Source: Octopus bimaculoides (lineage: Eukaryota). From it: DNA of 64,000 bases. Location: contig NC_068986.1 of the NCBI RefSeq assembly GCF_001194135.2, forward strand, positions 91,769,814-91,833,813, in the 5' to 3' direction. The translations under genes and the position numbers were made by a program. Positions within the stretch are counted from its first letter, which is position 1, and each line of letters opens with the position of its first letter. Below the pieces are notes generated by a model, which was not told where the DNA came from, did no database searches, and was given only the letters and a program-made list of their open reading frames with translations. Below, in pieces: positions 1-64,000 of this stretch.

Positions 1-670
1 CTTTCAGGGTCGATAAATCAAGTACCAGTTACGCACTGGGGTCGATGTAATCGACTTAATCCCTTTGTCTGTCCTTGTTTGTCCCCTCTATGTTTAGCCC
101 CTTATGGGCAATAGAGAAATAAGAAAATAGGCCTTTTTTGAGAAAACTGAAGTTGAAACACTGGGTTGTATCTGCTCATCCAAAATAAAGAGAAAAAAAA
201 AAGGCATATCACAATCAAAAATTAAAATATTTGAAAAATTTAAATTGTTCTGAAATCTGTGAGTAATGCTCTCTCTGAATAATACATAAAACACCATTTC
301 AAATTTTTCACCATGTTAATGGTTTTCCCATGTGCCATCACAGTTCTGCCATGTCATAATCCTTATAATAATCCTTTCTCCTGTAAGCACAAGGGTGGAA
401 ATTTTGGTGGGAGGGGCTAGTCAATAACATCAATCCCTGTACTCAACCTTCATTTAAGCCATCAATGCTGAAAGGCTAAGTTGACCATGGTGGAATTTAA
501 ACTTCGGACATAAAGACAGACAAAATGCAGATAAGCACATGGTTCTGGGTTCAGTCCCACTGTATGGCAACTTGGGCAAGTGTTTTCTACTATAGCTTCA
601 CACTGACCAAATCCTCGTGAATGGATTTGATAGAAAGAGACTGAAAGAAGACTGTTGTATATATGCGCGC

Positions 671-720
<50 letters not shown>

Positions 721-1174
721 CCCACACACACACTGCTTGACAACTGATGTTTATGTGTTTACATTCCTGTAATTTAGCAGTTTGGCAAAAGAGACCAATA
801 GAAAAAGTAACAGGCTTAAAAAAGAAATGTGCTGTGGTTGATTCAGTTGACTAAAACTCTTCAAGGTGGTGCCCCAGCATGGCCACAGTCTAATGACTGA
901 AATACGATAAAAGACTTGTACACACATACCTCTATAATTATGTGTACGTTTGTGCAAGTCCTTTTGTTAAATAGTTAGAAAACAATAATTGTTTCCAAAT
1001 TTACTCTCAATTTTGTTACACAACATACAAGACAAAGAAATACAGATGTGTGGCAGACTGATTTTTATTATAGATATGTCAACATATGTGCAAAAGAATG
1101 AGACACACACACAGAAAATGTGTGTGTGTGTGAATTTGCACATGTGCACATATGAAAAGAAAGCCAAAACTCAC

Positions 1175-53883
<52,709 letters not shown>

Positions 53884-53938
<55 letters not shown>

Positions 53939-53949
53939 TGTGTGTGTGT
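53884..53949. repeat. (TG)n/(CA)n microsatellite abutting the first ATG; similar tracts at about 672-715, 23762-23837, 40017-40103
   Basis: Direct reading. Confidence 0.95.
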
Positions 53950-54116
53950 TAAGTGTCTGTGTATTTCTGTGGATGCATGTATAAAACTTTCTTTTCCTTT
54001 TATTTTTCACTTTCTGGTTAATAATTCTTCCATATCTGCTGGGTATCCATCATGAAAGAGATCAAGTTTCTGTTGCATTCGGAATTCACATTTTGTAGTT
54101 TTAGGGACGGTGAAAC
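53884..54116 (-). other. Probable 5' UTR part of first coding exon, with uORFs and (CA)n
   Basis: Strong acceptor TTTTTTTTCTGTTCTTTCTAG ends at 54117; a strong donor TGG|GTAAGT at 54280 suggests a further upstream UTR exon. Confidence 0.5.
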
Positions 54117-55524
54117 CTAGAAAGAACAGAAAAAAAATTTTTTAATATTATGCTAGGCATTGAAACAAGGCCAAAAATTGGAAAAGGAAAACAATACAGT
54201 CAACTGAGCTTGTACAAGACATAAATGGAAATTTTGGTTTTTATGAAATCACAAGAAGTGGAGCAATACTCAGCACTTACCCAATTTCCAAGTTAACCAA
54301 AGTCTTAACAGAAACTGGTTTGGAAACCCATTGGTTTGAATGATATGTTATTTAAAGGGCCAAAGTTGTTTCATGCAATGCAATACAGAGTTTGTCTGAG
54401 GATTACTTCAAGGGTACCAAGTGTTTGAGAAATATTCAAGGAGTTCTGTTGATCAAACAACTAGAACATTCAATAAAACTGATATGAAATCTATCATGCA
54501 TTGGACTAGTCTCAGTTAACCTAGATAATATCTAGGAATGTTGCCTGAAATGAACCAGTGTTGAACCTGGTTCAAAGGGAGGGGTAACCAGATTAATTTA
54601 TCTTTTGTTTGCATCATACCTTGTAACTGAAGCTTAAACCTAGCCCTAAGGGGATTAAAAAATATAACTCGTTATGCTATTTATCACCTGCAAACACATG
54701 CACAATAAAATTAGAGACCTACTAAAGTTGCTCAGCCTACAAGAAACAGCAGTTAAATCTCCCTCAATCAAATCACACTACTATTGTAAGAAATGAAAGA
54801 TGCATTTGAAAATTTATCTAATTTTTAAAAAAAGGGTATTCATAACTGGTATGTCTTTGATAAGATACTTCATGACTAGTGTGTCTTTGATAACATTTGC
54901 TTGATTAAGGCTCTGACCTGGGTTTAAACAACAAATTAAGCAATTTTCCTAGAAAAAAACCTTTAAAAAAACCCTGTCTTGTCTGGTGGAGAATATGAAA
55001 TTACAATCCATGAGTTGATAATCCAGCATCTACAATATGTAATCTACTCAACCTTCCACTCATTTTTGTCTCAATACATCAGCATTTTCATGGTCATAAT
55101 CAGTCTGTGATAGAGGTCTCTCTATATGATGTCTAACCATATGCCGGGCTGTTGCCATACTAACTAGCCATCACTTGCAGTCAGTAATCAGAACCAAGTG
55201 TTCTCAGATTTGATTGTAAGATTAAGATTAACCAAGATCATTGGGGAAGTGGTGTCTGGCCCAGAGCATCATCACACTACCTTCTCCCATATCACAAGAG
55301 GACTTAAACTCAGTGGCACAAAGCTATCAAGAAGTACTTGTTAACTGCATGTTACTCGCACTGCTTGCAGTGGTGTGATGTGCATATTTCATAGCACTCA
55401 GTTAGAACCAGCAAAAATCAATGGCTTTGTTATAGGCACAGTGCAGTGTCAGGGGTGGGAAATAAACCCTTGACTCATCAATAGGAAATATTGACTTAAC
55501 TAGCAGCAGATCTTTGATTTGTAA

Positions 55525-56612
55525 AGAGAGAGAAAGAGAGAGAGAAGGAGGGAGAGGGGAGAGAGAAGGAGGGAGAGGGGAGAGAGAAAGAGAGAGAGGG
55601 GAGAGAGAAAGAGAGAGAGGGGAGAGAGAAAGAGAGAGAGNNNNNNNNNNNNNNNNNNNNNNNNNNNNNNNNNNNNNNNNNNNNNNNNNNNNNNNNNNNN
55701 NNNNNNNNNNNNNNNNNNNNNNNNNNNNNNNNNNNNNNNNNNNNNNNNNNNNNNNNNNNNNNNNNNNNNNNNNNNNNNNNNNNNNNNNNNNNNNNNNNNN
55801 NNNNNNNNNNNNNNNNNNNNNNNNNNNNNNNNNNNNNNNNNNNNNNNNNNNNNNNNNNNNNNNNNNNNNNNNNNNNNNNNNNNNNNNNNNNNNNNNNNNN
55901 NNNNNNNNNNNNNNNNNNNNNNNNNNNNNNNNNNNNNNNNNNNNNNNNNNNNNNNNNNNNNNNNNNNNNNNNNNNNNNNNNNNNNNNNNNNNNNNNNNNN
56001 NNNNNNNNNNNNNNNNNNNNNNNNNNNNNNNNNNNNNNNNNNNNNNNNNNNNNNNNNNNNNNNNNNNNNNNNNNNNNNNNNNNNNNNNNNNNNNNNNNNN
56101 NNNNNNNNNNNNNNNNNNNNNNNNNNNNNNNNNNNNNNNNNNNNNNNNNNNNNNNNNNNNNNNNNNNNNNNNNNNNNNNNNNNNNNNNNNNNNNNNNNNN
56201 NNNNNNNNNNNNNNNNNNNNNNNNNNNNNNNNNNNNNNNNNNNNNNNNNNNNNNNNNNNNNNNNNNNNNNNNNNNNNNNNNNNNNNNNNNNNNNNNNNNN
56301 NNNNNNNNNNNNNNNNNNNNNNNNNNNNNNNNNNNNNNNNNNNNNNNNNNNNNNNNNNNNNNNNNNNNNNNNNNNNNNNNNNNNNNNNNNNNNNGAGAGA
56401 GGGAGAGAGAGAAAGAGAAAGAGAGAGAAAGAGGGAGAAAGAGAAAGAGAGAGAGAAGGAGAGAAAGAGAGAGAGAGGGAGAGAAAGAGAGAGAGAGAGG
56501 GAGAGAAAGAGAGAGAGAGAGGGAGAGAAAGAGAGAGAGAGAGAGGGAGAGAAAGAGAGAGCAGAAGAGAGAGATAGAAAGAGAGAGAGACAGAAAGACA
56601 GAGAGAGACAGA
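55525..56612. repeat. GA-rich low-complexity tract spanning a large N gap
   Basis: Direct reading. Confidence 0.9.
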
Positions 56613-59547
56613 GAGGTTCAATGAATTCAGCTCTATTGATTTTCCGACAGAGAGTGTCAACAGATCATATGTTTCTAGATCAATCGATATTTATTTTTCC
56701 AATAATCATTAAAGTTTCATAGACACATCTGCTGCAGGTGAGAATTACAACTGGTAACATATAGAAAATGAGGTTGCATTTACCTGGTCTCTTGGCTATC
56801 TAAGATTAGCAGCCAAGTCTCATTTAAATCACACCCTACTATCATGAAAAAGATACACTGGATTATGTAATCTTGAAGACACAAAAAAGATATGACAGTC
56901 ATGGCAAAAGCATCTTTGATCATCGGCCAGCCCAAACTCAATTGACCTAAAGAAAATGTGGAAAACAATGGAGATGTTGTGAAGTATATTTGGCACCTAA
57001 ATGTGACTAACCCTTAAGGGTTGATGCTACTGTAGCTTGTTGCTTCAAGAAAACATCTCCAGCTGGCTATTGACGCCCTATCAGTATTTGCAAAGGGAAG
57101 TCATCTTTCCCATCTCCAGCCTGACGTGATACACATGCACCCAAATTTCTGGGTATTGACCCATCATCAGCTTGTGACAACCACTGGTTGGCGATGAGAA
57201 ATGGTTCTCAATGCAAATATGTATATATATATATATATAGTCAACGCACTAGACAGCCATTATGTACCCATACAAAAAACACTCCCACGTGGACTATGTT
57301 GACACCAGTGAGAAACAATTATGAACTTTTCTTTTAATTTTTTTTTTTAAATATGTATTTTTGATAAGGTTCATTTTTTCAAAAACCANNNNNNNNNNNN
57401 NNNNNNNNNNNNNNNNNNNNNNNNNNNNNNNNNNNNNNNNNNNNNNNNNNNNNNNNNNNNNNNNNNNNNNNNNNNNNNNNNNNNNNNNNNNNNNNNNNNN
57501 NNNNNNNNNNNNNNNNNNNNNNNNNNNNNNNNNNNNNNNNNNNNNNNNNNNNNNNNNNNNNNNNNNNNNNNNNNNNNNNNNNNNNNNNNNNNNNNNNNNN
57601 NNNNNNNNNNNNNNNNNNNNNNNNNNNNNNNNNNNNNNNNNNNNNNNNNNNNNNNNNNNNNNNNNNNNNNNNNNNGTGGAAACAAGCAATAATAATAATA
57701 AATAAATTCTGCCTAGAATTCAACCTTGACTAAGACATTCCAATCATGAAGTTCGTCTTTTTAGGACTGCATAATCTAATATGTCCTTTCATTCTTTTAC
57801 AACACCCAGGACAGGATTTGAGGGAGATTTGGTTGCTATTTCTGGTAGATCAAACAACTACATTGGGGCTTCCAAGTTAGTTCAGGAAAATACAAGGATA
57901 GAGAGAAGATCTCAACCTAAACATTACATTAGCTATTTCTTGCACCAGCACAAATACATCCTTATTTCTGCTCCATTTTAAACTGAGTTTTATCTTAAGG
58001 TAATTATACATTGAATAAAGGTGTAATGTCCAAAACATTAGAATATTGGATTTCACTCAAAATTTGTGGGCTTGGGCCTACTTTAGAAATCATCATTATG
58101 TTAGAGCTTAACCCCAAATTATCTCTAACTGAACAAACCTATAAACAATAGCATTCTAGCCATAAGTAAGAGTCATATATTGGGCTTGATTTAATCAAGT
58201 ATTCCCCCTCTCACCACAACCACCACCTACTTGAGTAGGTGAGAGTGATAAGTATGACCCAGATGAATGAACATACCCTCAGTATTTGCCTTGCCTGTAA
58301 GCCAGTGAATACAGCTGGGGGAAGCAATAAAGGTAAACTGGGATCTGTGAAGGTCCTTGATTGACCGCAGGTGCATGTTTTCCCATTAGCATGTTCATTT
58401 CCTTTTATACTGTTATTTTTTCATGTCTGTTTTCTCAAACTCAATTACATATAACCCCTACTGTTTTTGTATTTTAGCCTTACATCCCTTCATCTACCTC
58501 TCAATGGAAATGATGTTTGCCATGAATGCCTGTTTCACAGAGTTCAAGAAAATAAGTTAAACTATAATTAGTTATTGGAAAAAAACAGCTATTTTGTTTC
58601 ATTTCTGATTCTGGACTATGACAAAGACTTTTGGGTTAATTAGAAATTCATTCCATTTCCTTGGAGTGGGAAAAAATCTTTGAATTGACATTTCATTTAA
58701 GTGTATACATTTCTAACATCAGCCATTTGCAATATTTACTCACACTACAAGTTGGCCACCTCAGAAGTAGCAGGAAGAGATGCTCACTGTACTGAGGATA
58801 GCAATAGCCTTGATAAGCAAACATTCTCCACTTCAATTATTTACAAACAAAATTAGATTTGACTAAAAAAGAAAAAAAAGAAAAGTATATGACCCACAAT
58901 TATTTTTAAACAAAATCAGACTAGAATCTTGTAAACATTTTAGATGGTGTGGGGAGTATAAATAGCCTAAACTGCAACAATAACCACAACAGCAGCCACA
59001 TTTTATCTTTTGCAAACATTGTAATAATGAGGTCCTTGATATGAGCTAACTCCAGGAAAGGAGGAGAGCATGGGAGAGGTTATGAGAAAGATAGTACTGT
59101 CTTGCTCAAGCAATTTAGCTAAGAAAAGTTGAGGGGAAAGTGATTATGCTTTTGTATTGCAAATAACAGAAAATTTCTATGTCACCACAAGTGGAGTTTG
59201 AGGGAAATATGACTGATGAGTGAAAGGGATTATAGAGACTTGACGATTGGTCACTAAAACTAGAGAATCATGTGAATAGACAAGCTTGGCTAGTGTATCA
59301 TATGCCTGTCCACAGGTAAATGTAGCAGTATATAGGGAAAAAAGAACATAAGTCAAAGCTAAGGATATTGACATAGAACCTTGGCTTGATGTCACATCTA
59401 TAGCACAGAATAGGAAGGTGCTGAGACCAGAGGTAACCTGTAACCATAATGCTAGCTTAAAGTTATACCACATTAAGGGAAAACCCTTACTTTACAAGGA
59501 GAATAAAGCCCAAGGATCAGTACAGCCTGACTGGCTCCCATAGGATT

Positions 59548-59823
59548 TTCGAGCGAGATCGTTGCCAGTGCCCCTGGACTGGCTTGTGCGGGTGGCACAT
59601 AAAAGACACCATTTCGAGCGTGGCCGTTTTCGTGCGGGTGACACGTAAAAGCACCCACTACACTCTCTGAGTGGTTGGCGTTAGGAAGGGCATCCAGCTG
59701 TAGAAACTCTGCCAAATTAGATTGGAGCCTGGTGTTGCCATCCGGTTTCACCAGTCCTCAGTCAAATCGTCCAACCCATGCTAGCATGGAAAGCGGACGT
59801 TAAACGATGATGATGATGATGAT
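59548..59823 (+). mobile_element. RTE-type 3'-tail retroposon copy (very abundant family)
   Basis: GGCGTTAGGAAGGGCATCCAGCTGTAGAAAC core and (GAT)n tail. Other copies at about 6177-6316(+), 20097-20494(-), 20647-20925(-), 29609-29830(+), 44085-44465(+), 45100-45355(+), 48873-49015(-), 60485-60620(-). Confidence 0.8.
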
Positions 59824-61642
59824 ATCCATATCTACGCTACTTTCTCAAGAGTACAAGCATTGTGAAATGCCAAAACAAAGGTGATAAAACTCAAAGATTA
59901 TGAATAAGGCAGGAGATATGGAGGGATATTTATTAAATGAAAAAAATTAAAAAAGATGTACGAAATATTTTAGAATTTACAAAATGTGATGTTAAGCTAT
60001 CTCAAAAAACTATTGGCTGATAATATAATTTATTTAGTTTGGAGAGTTTTTACACCAAAATGCATGAAGTTGAATCCACAACTTAATACAATGCTTTACA
60101 TATTTGTAAAATTGCTTTAAGTTCAAACATCAATAATGTTTTTGTTCTTTGAACAGATATGTCACTGTTGCTGAGTAAAAATTTAAACAAATGTAAATGT
60201 AGTACATCAATGATTTCAAATTTAGTATGCCAGATTATAGCAGAATCTCAACAATGAGAATTTACTGAAAACATTCTCCATTTTTAGCATTAAAAAGAAA
60301 CTGGTTAAACTTCTGCAGAATTAAAATTAATTCTTACTGAATATCGTTCTGTTAAAAACCAAAATCCTTGAAAAATTAGCAAAATGTTCAAAATATAAAA
60401 CGTAAACTGCAATATGTTAATAAAATACTGTACACATGTATCCCTAGATTAATATACACATTCAATATATTTATCTTGATTTTATTATCATCATCAATTA
60501 ATGTCCGTTGTCCATGCTGGTATGGGTTGGATGGTTTGACGAAGGTTGGTAAGCTGAAGAGCTGCATCAGACTCCAGTCTGATTTGGCATGGTTTCTACG
60601 ACTGGCTGCCCTTCCTAATACCAAAATTATAAAAACAAATATATCATGTATCCTTTTGATCAGACCCCCTGATCAATTGTGTCTCAGCTATGACTGTCCT
60701 GTAATTTTGTACAAATAAAATGACACTGTTCAATGTAATGTCCCTTCTGATGAAGACAGTAGGATGTAATTTTAAAGACTGACTGTTATTGCTAGATCGA
60801 ATTGTTTCAGTTATGATCAAGGACTAAATGAATAAGATACCAATTTTCTTCATTTCCCAAATTCATTTGTAATTGCTATAACATCAATATCATTATTGCC
60901 TTTCTTTCCTTACCATGAAATTGCTTTTCAATATCAAACTATTTTTGTCAGATTTCATGTTTTATAAACATTATGTCACAATGACATCAAACAACTCTTT
61001 GGTATATCTATATAAAGAAGGTACAACCCTTTGATGGTGTACTTACATCAATGAAGTGTAATTTGATATTTCATGCTTCAGTTCATTACTGAATTGACTG
61101 CAGATGACCTGCCCAGAGAAAACCTTTGCTTATTGTGTCACTAGATTTATGATAGTAACTGCTATAATAATACATCGCATTGATCCTCCAGTAATACAAT
61201 ACTAATGTACAGTGTTATAGGAGCATTGCTAAAAAGTTTGTCTTTTTGTAGATATATGTAGTATCTGTAGATATATGTAGTATCTGTAGCATGTGAAGCC
61301 AAGTGATGAGGAAACTGCTAAAGACTTAATTTGTAATTGTAGTATCTGGAGCTGTAGTATATGGCATGGCCAACCATACTCAGGGAATGCATTCCAGCTC
61401 AGCACTTTAAGCTAATGAAGGAAATGAGGAAATATATAATGAAGCTTTTACTTATTGTGACAAAAGATTAATGACAGCATTGTTTGTATGATGTAGAGCA
61501 AATCAGTCTAGTCTAGCAAGACTTAATCACTATCCCACTCAAAGCCCTATTCAAGAGATGGATTCGAGTTCAGTACTCTAAGCTAACAAAAACACTGATT
61601 GTACATACATATGTACATCTCTCTCTCATTTATATATATACA

Positions 61643-62875
61643 CACCGGGGTTGGACAAAATAATGGAAACACCTAGCATCATAATTTTGAAATGTCTATA
61701 AAATTGTCAAAAAATTATTTATTTTTATGTTTTTTGATTTATTATTAGTGTTGCTTAATGTTTTGCTAAAATTGCTGTTTCTTTTCAGATATAATCAGAA
61801 AAAGGTAATTAAAATTCATTAAAATGACAGATCTATCAGACTTTCAGAGAGGTCAAATTGTTGGTGCTCATATGGCAGATGCTAGCATTAAAAAAACAGC
61901 CAAAATGTTTGGTGTATCAAGAAGTACTGTCTCGAAAGTAATGACCACCTTTGAGAAAGAGGGAAAAACCTCCTTGTTGAAACAAAAGTCTGGAAGAAAA
62001 CCAAAACATTCAGATGGGACCTGTTGGATTCTTGCATGAATTGTTAGAAAGGATCACAAAAGTACAGCTCCCAAAATTATTGCAGAGCTTACTGATCACC
62101 TCGAGAACCCAGTTTCCACAAAAACTGTTCGCCAGGAGCTGCACAAAGCCGGATTTCACGGGAGGGCTGCAATCAGAAAACCACTACTTTCTAAAACAAA
62201 CAATGCAAAGCATTTGGAGTAAAGTAAAAACCTACAGAATTGGTCCCTAGAGCAGTGGAAGAATGTTATTTTCTTGGACAAGTTATCCTTTCCCTATTTC
62301 TGACCACCAGCCGAGTATACATGTGGAGACAGCCAAAAGAAGCATTTGACCTAGACTACCTTCTTCCAACTGTTAAACATGGAGGATCTGAGATGATTTG
62401 GGGGGACTTTATCTTGGAAATCCACCGGCCCAATGGTTTCCCTTCATGGCAGAATTAATAGTCAAGACAATTTAAGCATTTTATCTGATCAAATCCATCC
62501 TATGGTTGTGAAAATGTTTCCGGAGGGAAACACACTCTTTCAGGATGATAATGCAGCAATTCATACAGCTAAAGTTGTTACTGAATGGCACGAGGAACAT
62601 TCTAGTGAAGTTGAACATCTTATCTGGCTACCACAGTCCCCAGATCTCAATATTATTGAACATTTATGGTGCATTTTAGAAAAATAAGTAAGGAGCCGAT
62701 CCCCTCCATCATCACTACAAGAACTGGAGACTGTTTTAGCTGAAGAAAGGACAAAAATTCCTTTGGAAACAATTCAAACTTTGTACGAGTCTATACCTCA
62801 TAGAATTCAAGCTGCAATTAATTACTGCCAAAGGCAGTCCTACCCTATATTAAAATAAATTTGTTTGAAATTTAA
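61643..62875 (+). mobile_element. Tc1-like transposon, frameshifted, right TIR missing
   Basis: MTDLSDFQRGQIVG...GVSRSTVSK (paired-like HTH), GGSEMIWG, FQDDNAAIH, PQSPDLNIIEHLW (DD34E-type). Starts after (TA)n; ends in an (AG)n tract. Confidence 0.92.
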
Positions 62876-62914
62876 AGAGAGAGAGAGAGAGAGAAGCTTG
62901 GATTTGGTCATAGA

Positions 62915-63075
62915 ACAGTCATCCAAGTCAGTGCTAGAAGAAAAACGACCATCTTTGGTTTCAAGATGAAAGGTGTTCTTCCACCAGGATAATGCTCAAC
63001 CACATACAGGGAAGATGACATTCCAAAGGCTGGAACAGTTTGAATGAGAAATGATGCCCCACTTACTATATTCAC
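62915..63075 (+). mobile_element. Short internal mariner transposase fragment
   Basis: Translates to LEEKRPSLVSR*KVFFHQDNAQPH...MMPHLLYS. Confidence 0.7.
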
Positions 63076-63252
63076 ATTGTAGAAAATGAAAGAGTATATT
63101 TTAGATTAAAAAAGAACTATTATAATTTTGAAAAATGAAAGTATAAAAAGTCCACATTATTTATGGAATGACCCAATACACACACACACCTGGTTACAGT
63201 AAGAAACTGTTTAAAAGCTCTCAGTTATTTACAGCTAGTTATACTATACAAT

Positions 63253-63480
63253 GTGGAGGCGTGTGGCTTAATGGTTAGGGTGTCAATACCATGATCGTAA
63301 GATCGTGGTTTCGATTCCTGGACCAGGCGACGCGTTGTGTTCTTGAACAAAACACTTCATTTCACGTTGCTCCAGTCCACTCAGCTGGTAAAAAATGAGT
63401 AATGCTGCGATGGACTGGCGTCCCATCCAGCTGGTAAACACATACGCCACTGAAACTGGGAAACCGGGCCCACAAGCCAG
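63253..63480 (+). mobile_element. tRNA-headed SINE family D with V-SINE-like domain
   Basis: A-box TGGCTTAATGG, B-box GGTTTCGATTCC, TGTGTTCTTGAACAAAACACTT, GCGATGGACTGGCGTCCCATCCAG. Confidence 0.7.
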
Positions 63481-63675
63481 GGAGTTAAGTATCTAGGCTA
63501 TAGACTATTACTATTTAGTTACAAGTTATCCCTAATCAAATATTTTGATCAAAGATGTTTCAGTCATGACTATTCATGGCTGAACCAAGTTACATTTTGT
63601 CCAATATGTCTTTTAATGAAGATAGTGCTGTGTGATATGAAGTAGATTTAGCTGTTATTCCTTGCATCAACATTG

Positions 63676-63719
<44 letters not shown>

Positions 63720-64000
63720 ACCCTAGAGCGACAGAAAATGAACCATCAAACGACAGCTGTATTTCTCTCCACTGCAACACTGTAAACAGCTGTGACTTTT
63801 GGCTTCAGACCCTACCAAATTCACTGCACCCAGCAATTAACAAAGCATTAGCACCCTATGACTAATATATATACTATGTCACTTATTAGCACAGGCTGGA
63901 GAAACAGCTGTTGCTGATAGAGAATGTTATCACACCAGTGTGCGAGACTGACTCTGTGCGTGCGTGTGCGTGTGCGTGTGTGTGTGCGTGTGTGTGTGTT

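Noticed and set aside
94-297. Minus-strand ORF as the next TTLL5 exon
   Set aside because: No similarity to the expected conserved continuation and it runs into a SINE.
63676-63717. 42-nt poly(A) as a processed-pseudogene tail (also about 6769-6798)
   Set aside because: No upstream mRNA-like sequence, poly(A) signal or convincing TSD.

Overview
Eukaryotic, AT-rich, repeat-dense genomic DNA with N gaps next to microsatellites. The SINE and RTE-tail families look like those I recall from octopus (probably Octopus bimaculoides; inference, not verified). Most of the window (at least 54116 down to 1175, minus strand) is one multi-exon gene, a tubulin glutamylase of the TTLL5 type. I reconstructed 24 coding exons by hand with GT-AG boundaries and continuous phase (2699 nt, 899 codons + 2 nt); the gene continues beyond position 1. 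Its introns and upstream region hold decayed pogo, mariner and Tc1 transposons, CR1-like and RTE LINE fragments, at least four tRNA-headed SINE families, hAT/TTAA-type MITEs, a Helitron-like 3' end and a young solo LTR with a 4-bp TSD. The most unusual signals are several long RNA-hairpin-forming inverted repeats, two decayed hammerhead-ribozyme-like motifs, a 12-bp minisatellite offering in-frame alternative splice acceptors, and a coding pentapeptide repeat. Almost all ORFs in the supplied track are spurious. No rRNA, true tRNA gene or CRISPR array was found.
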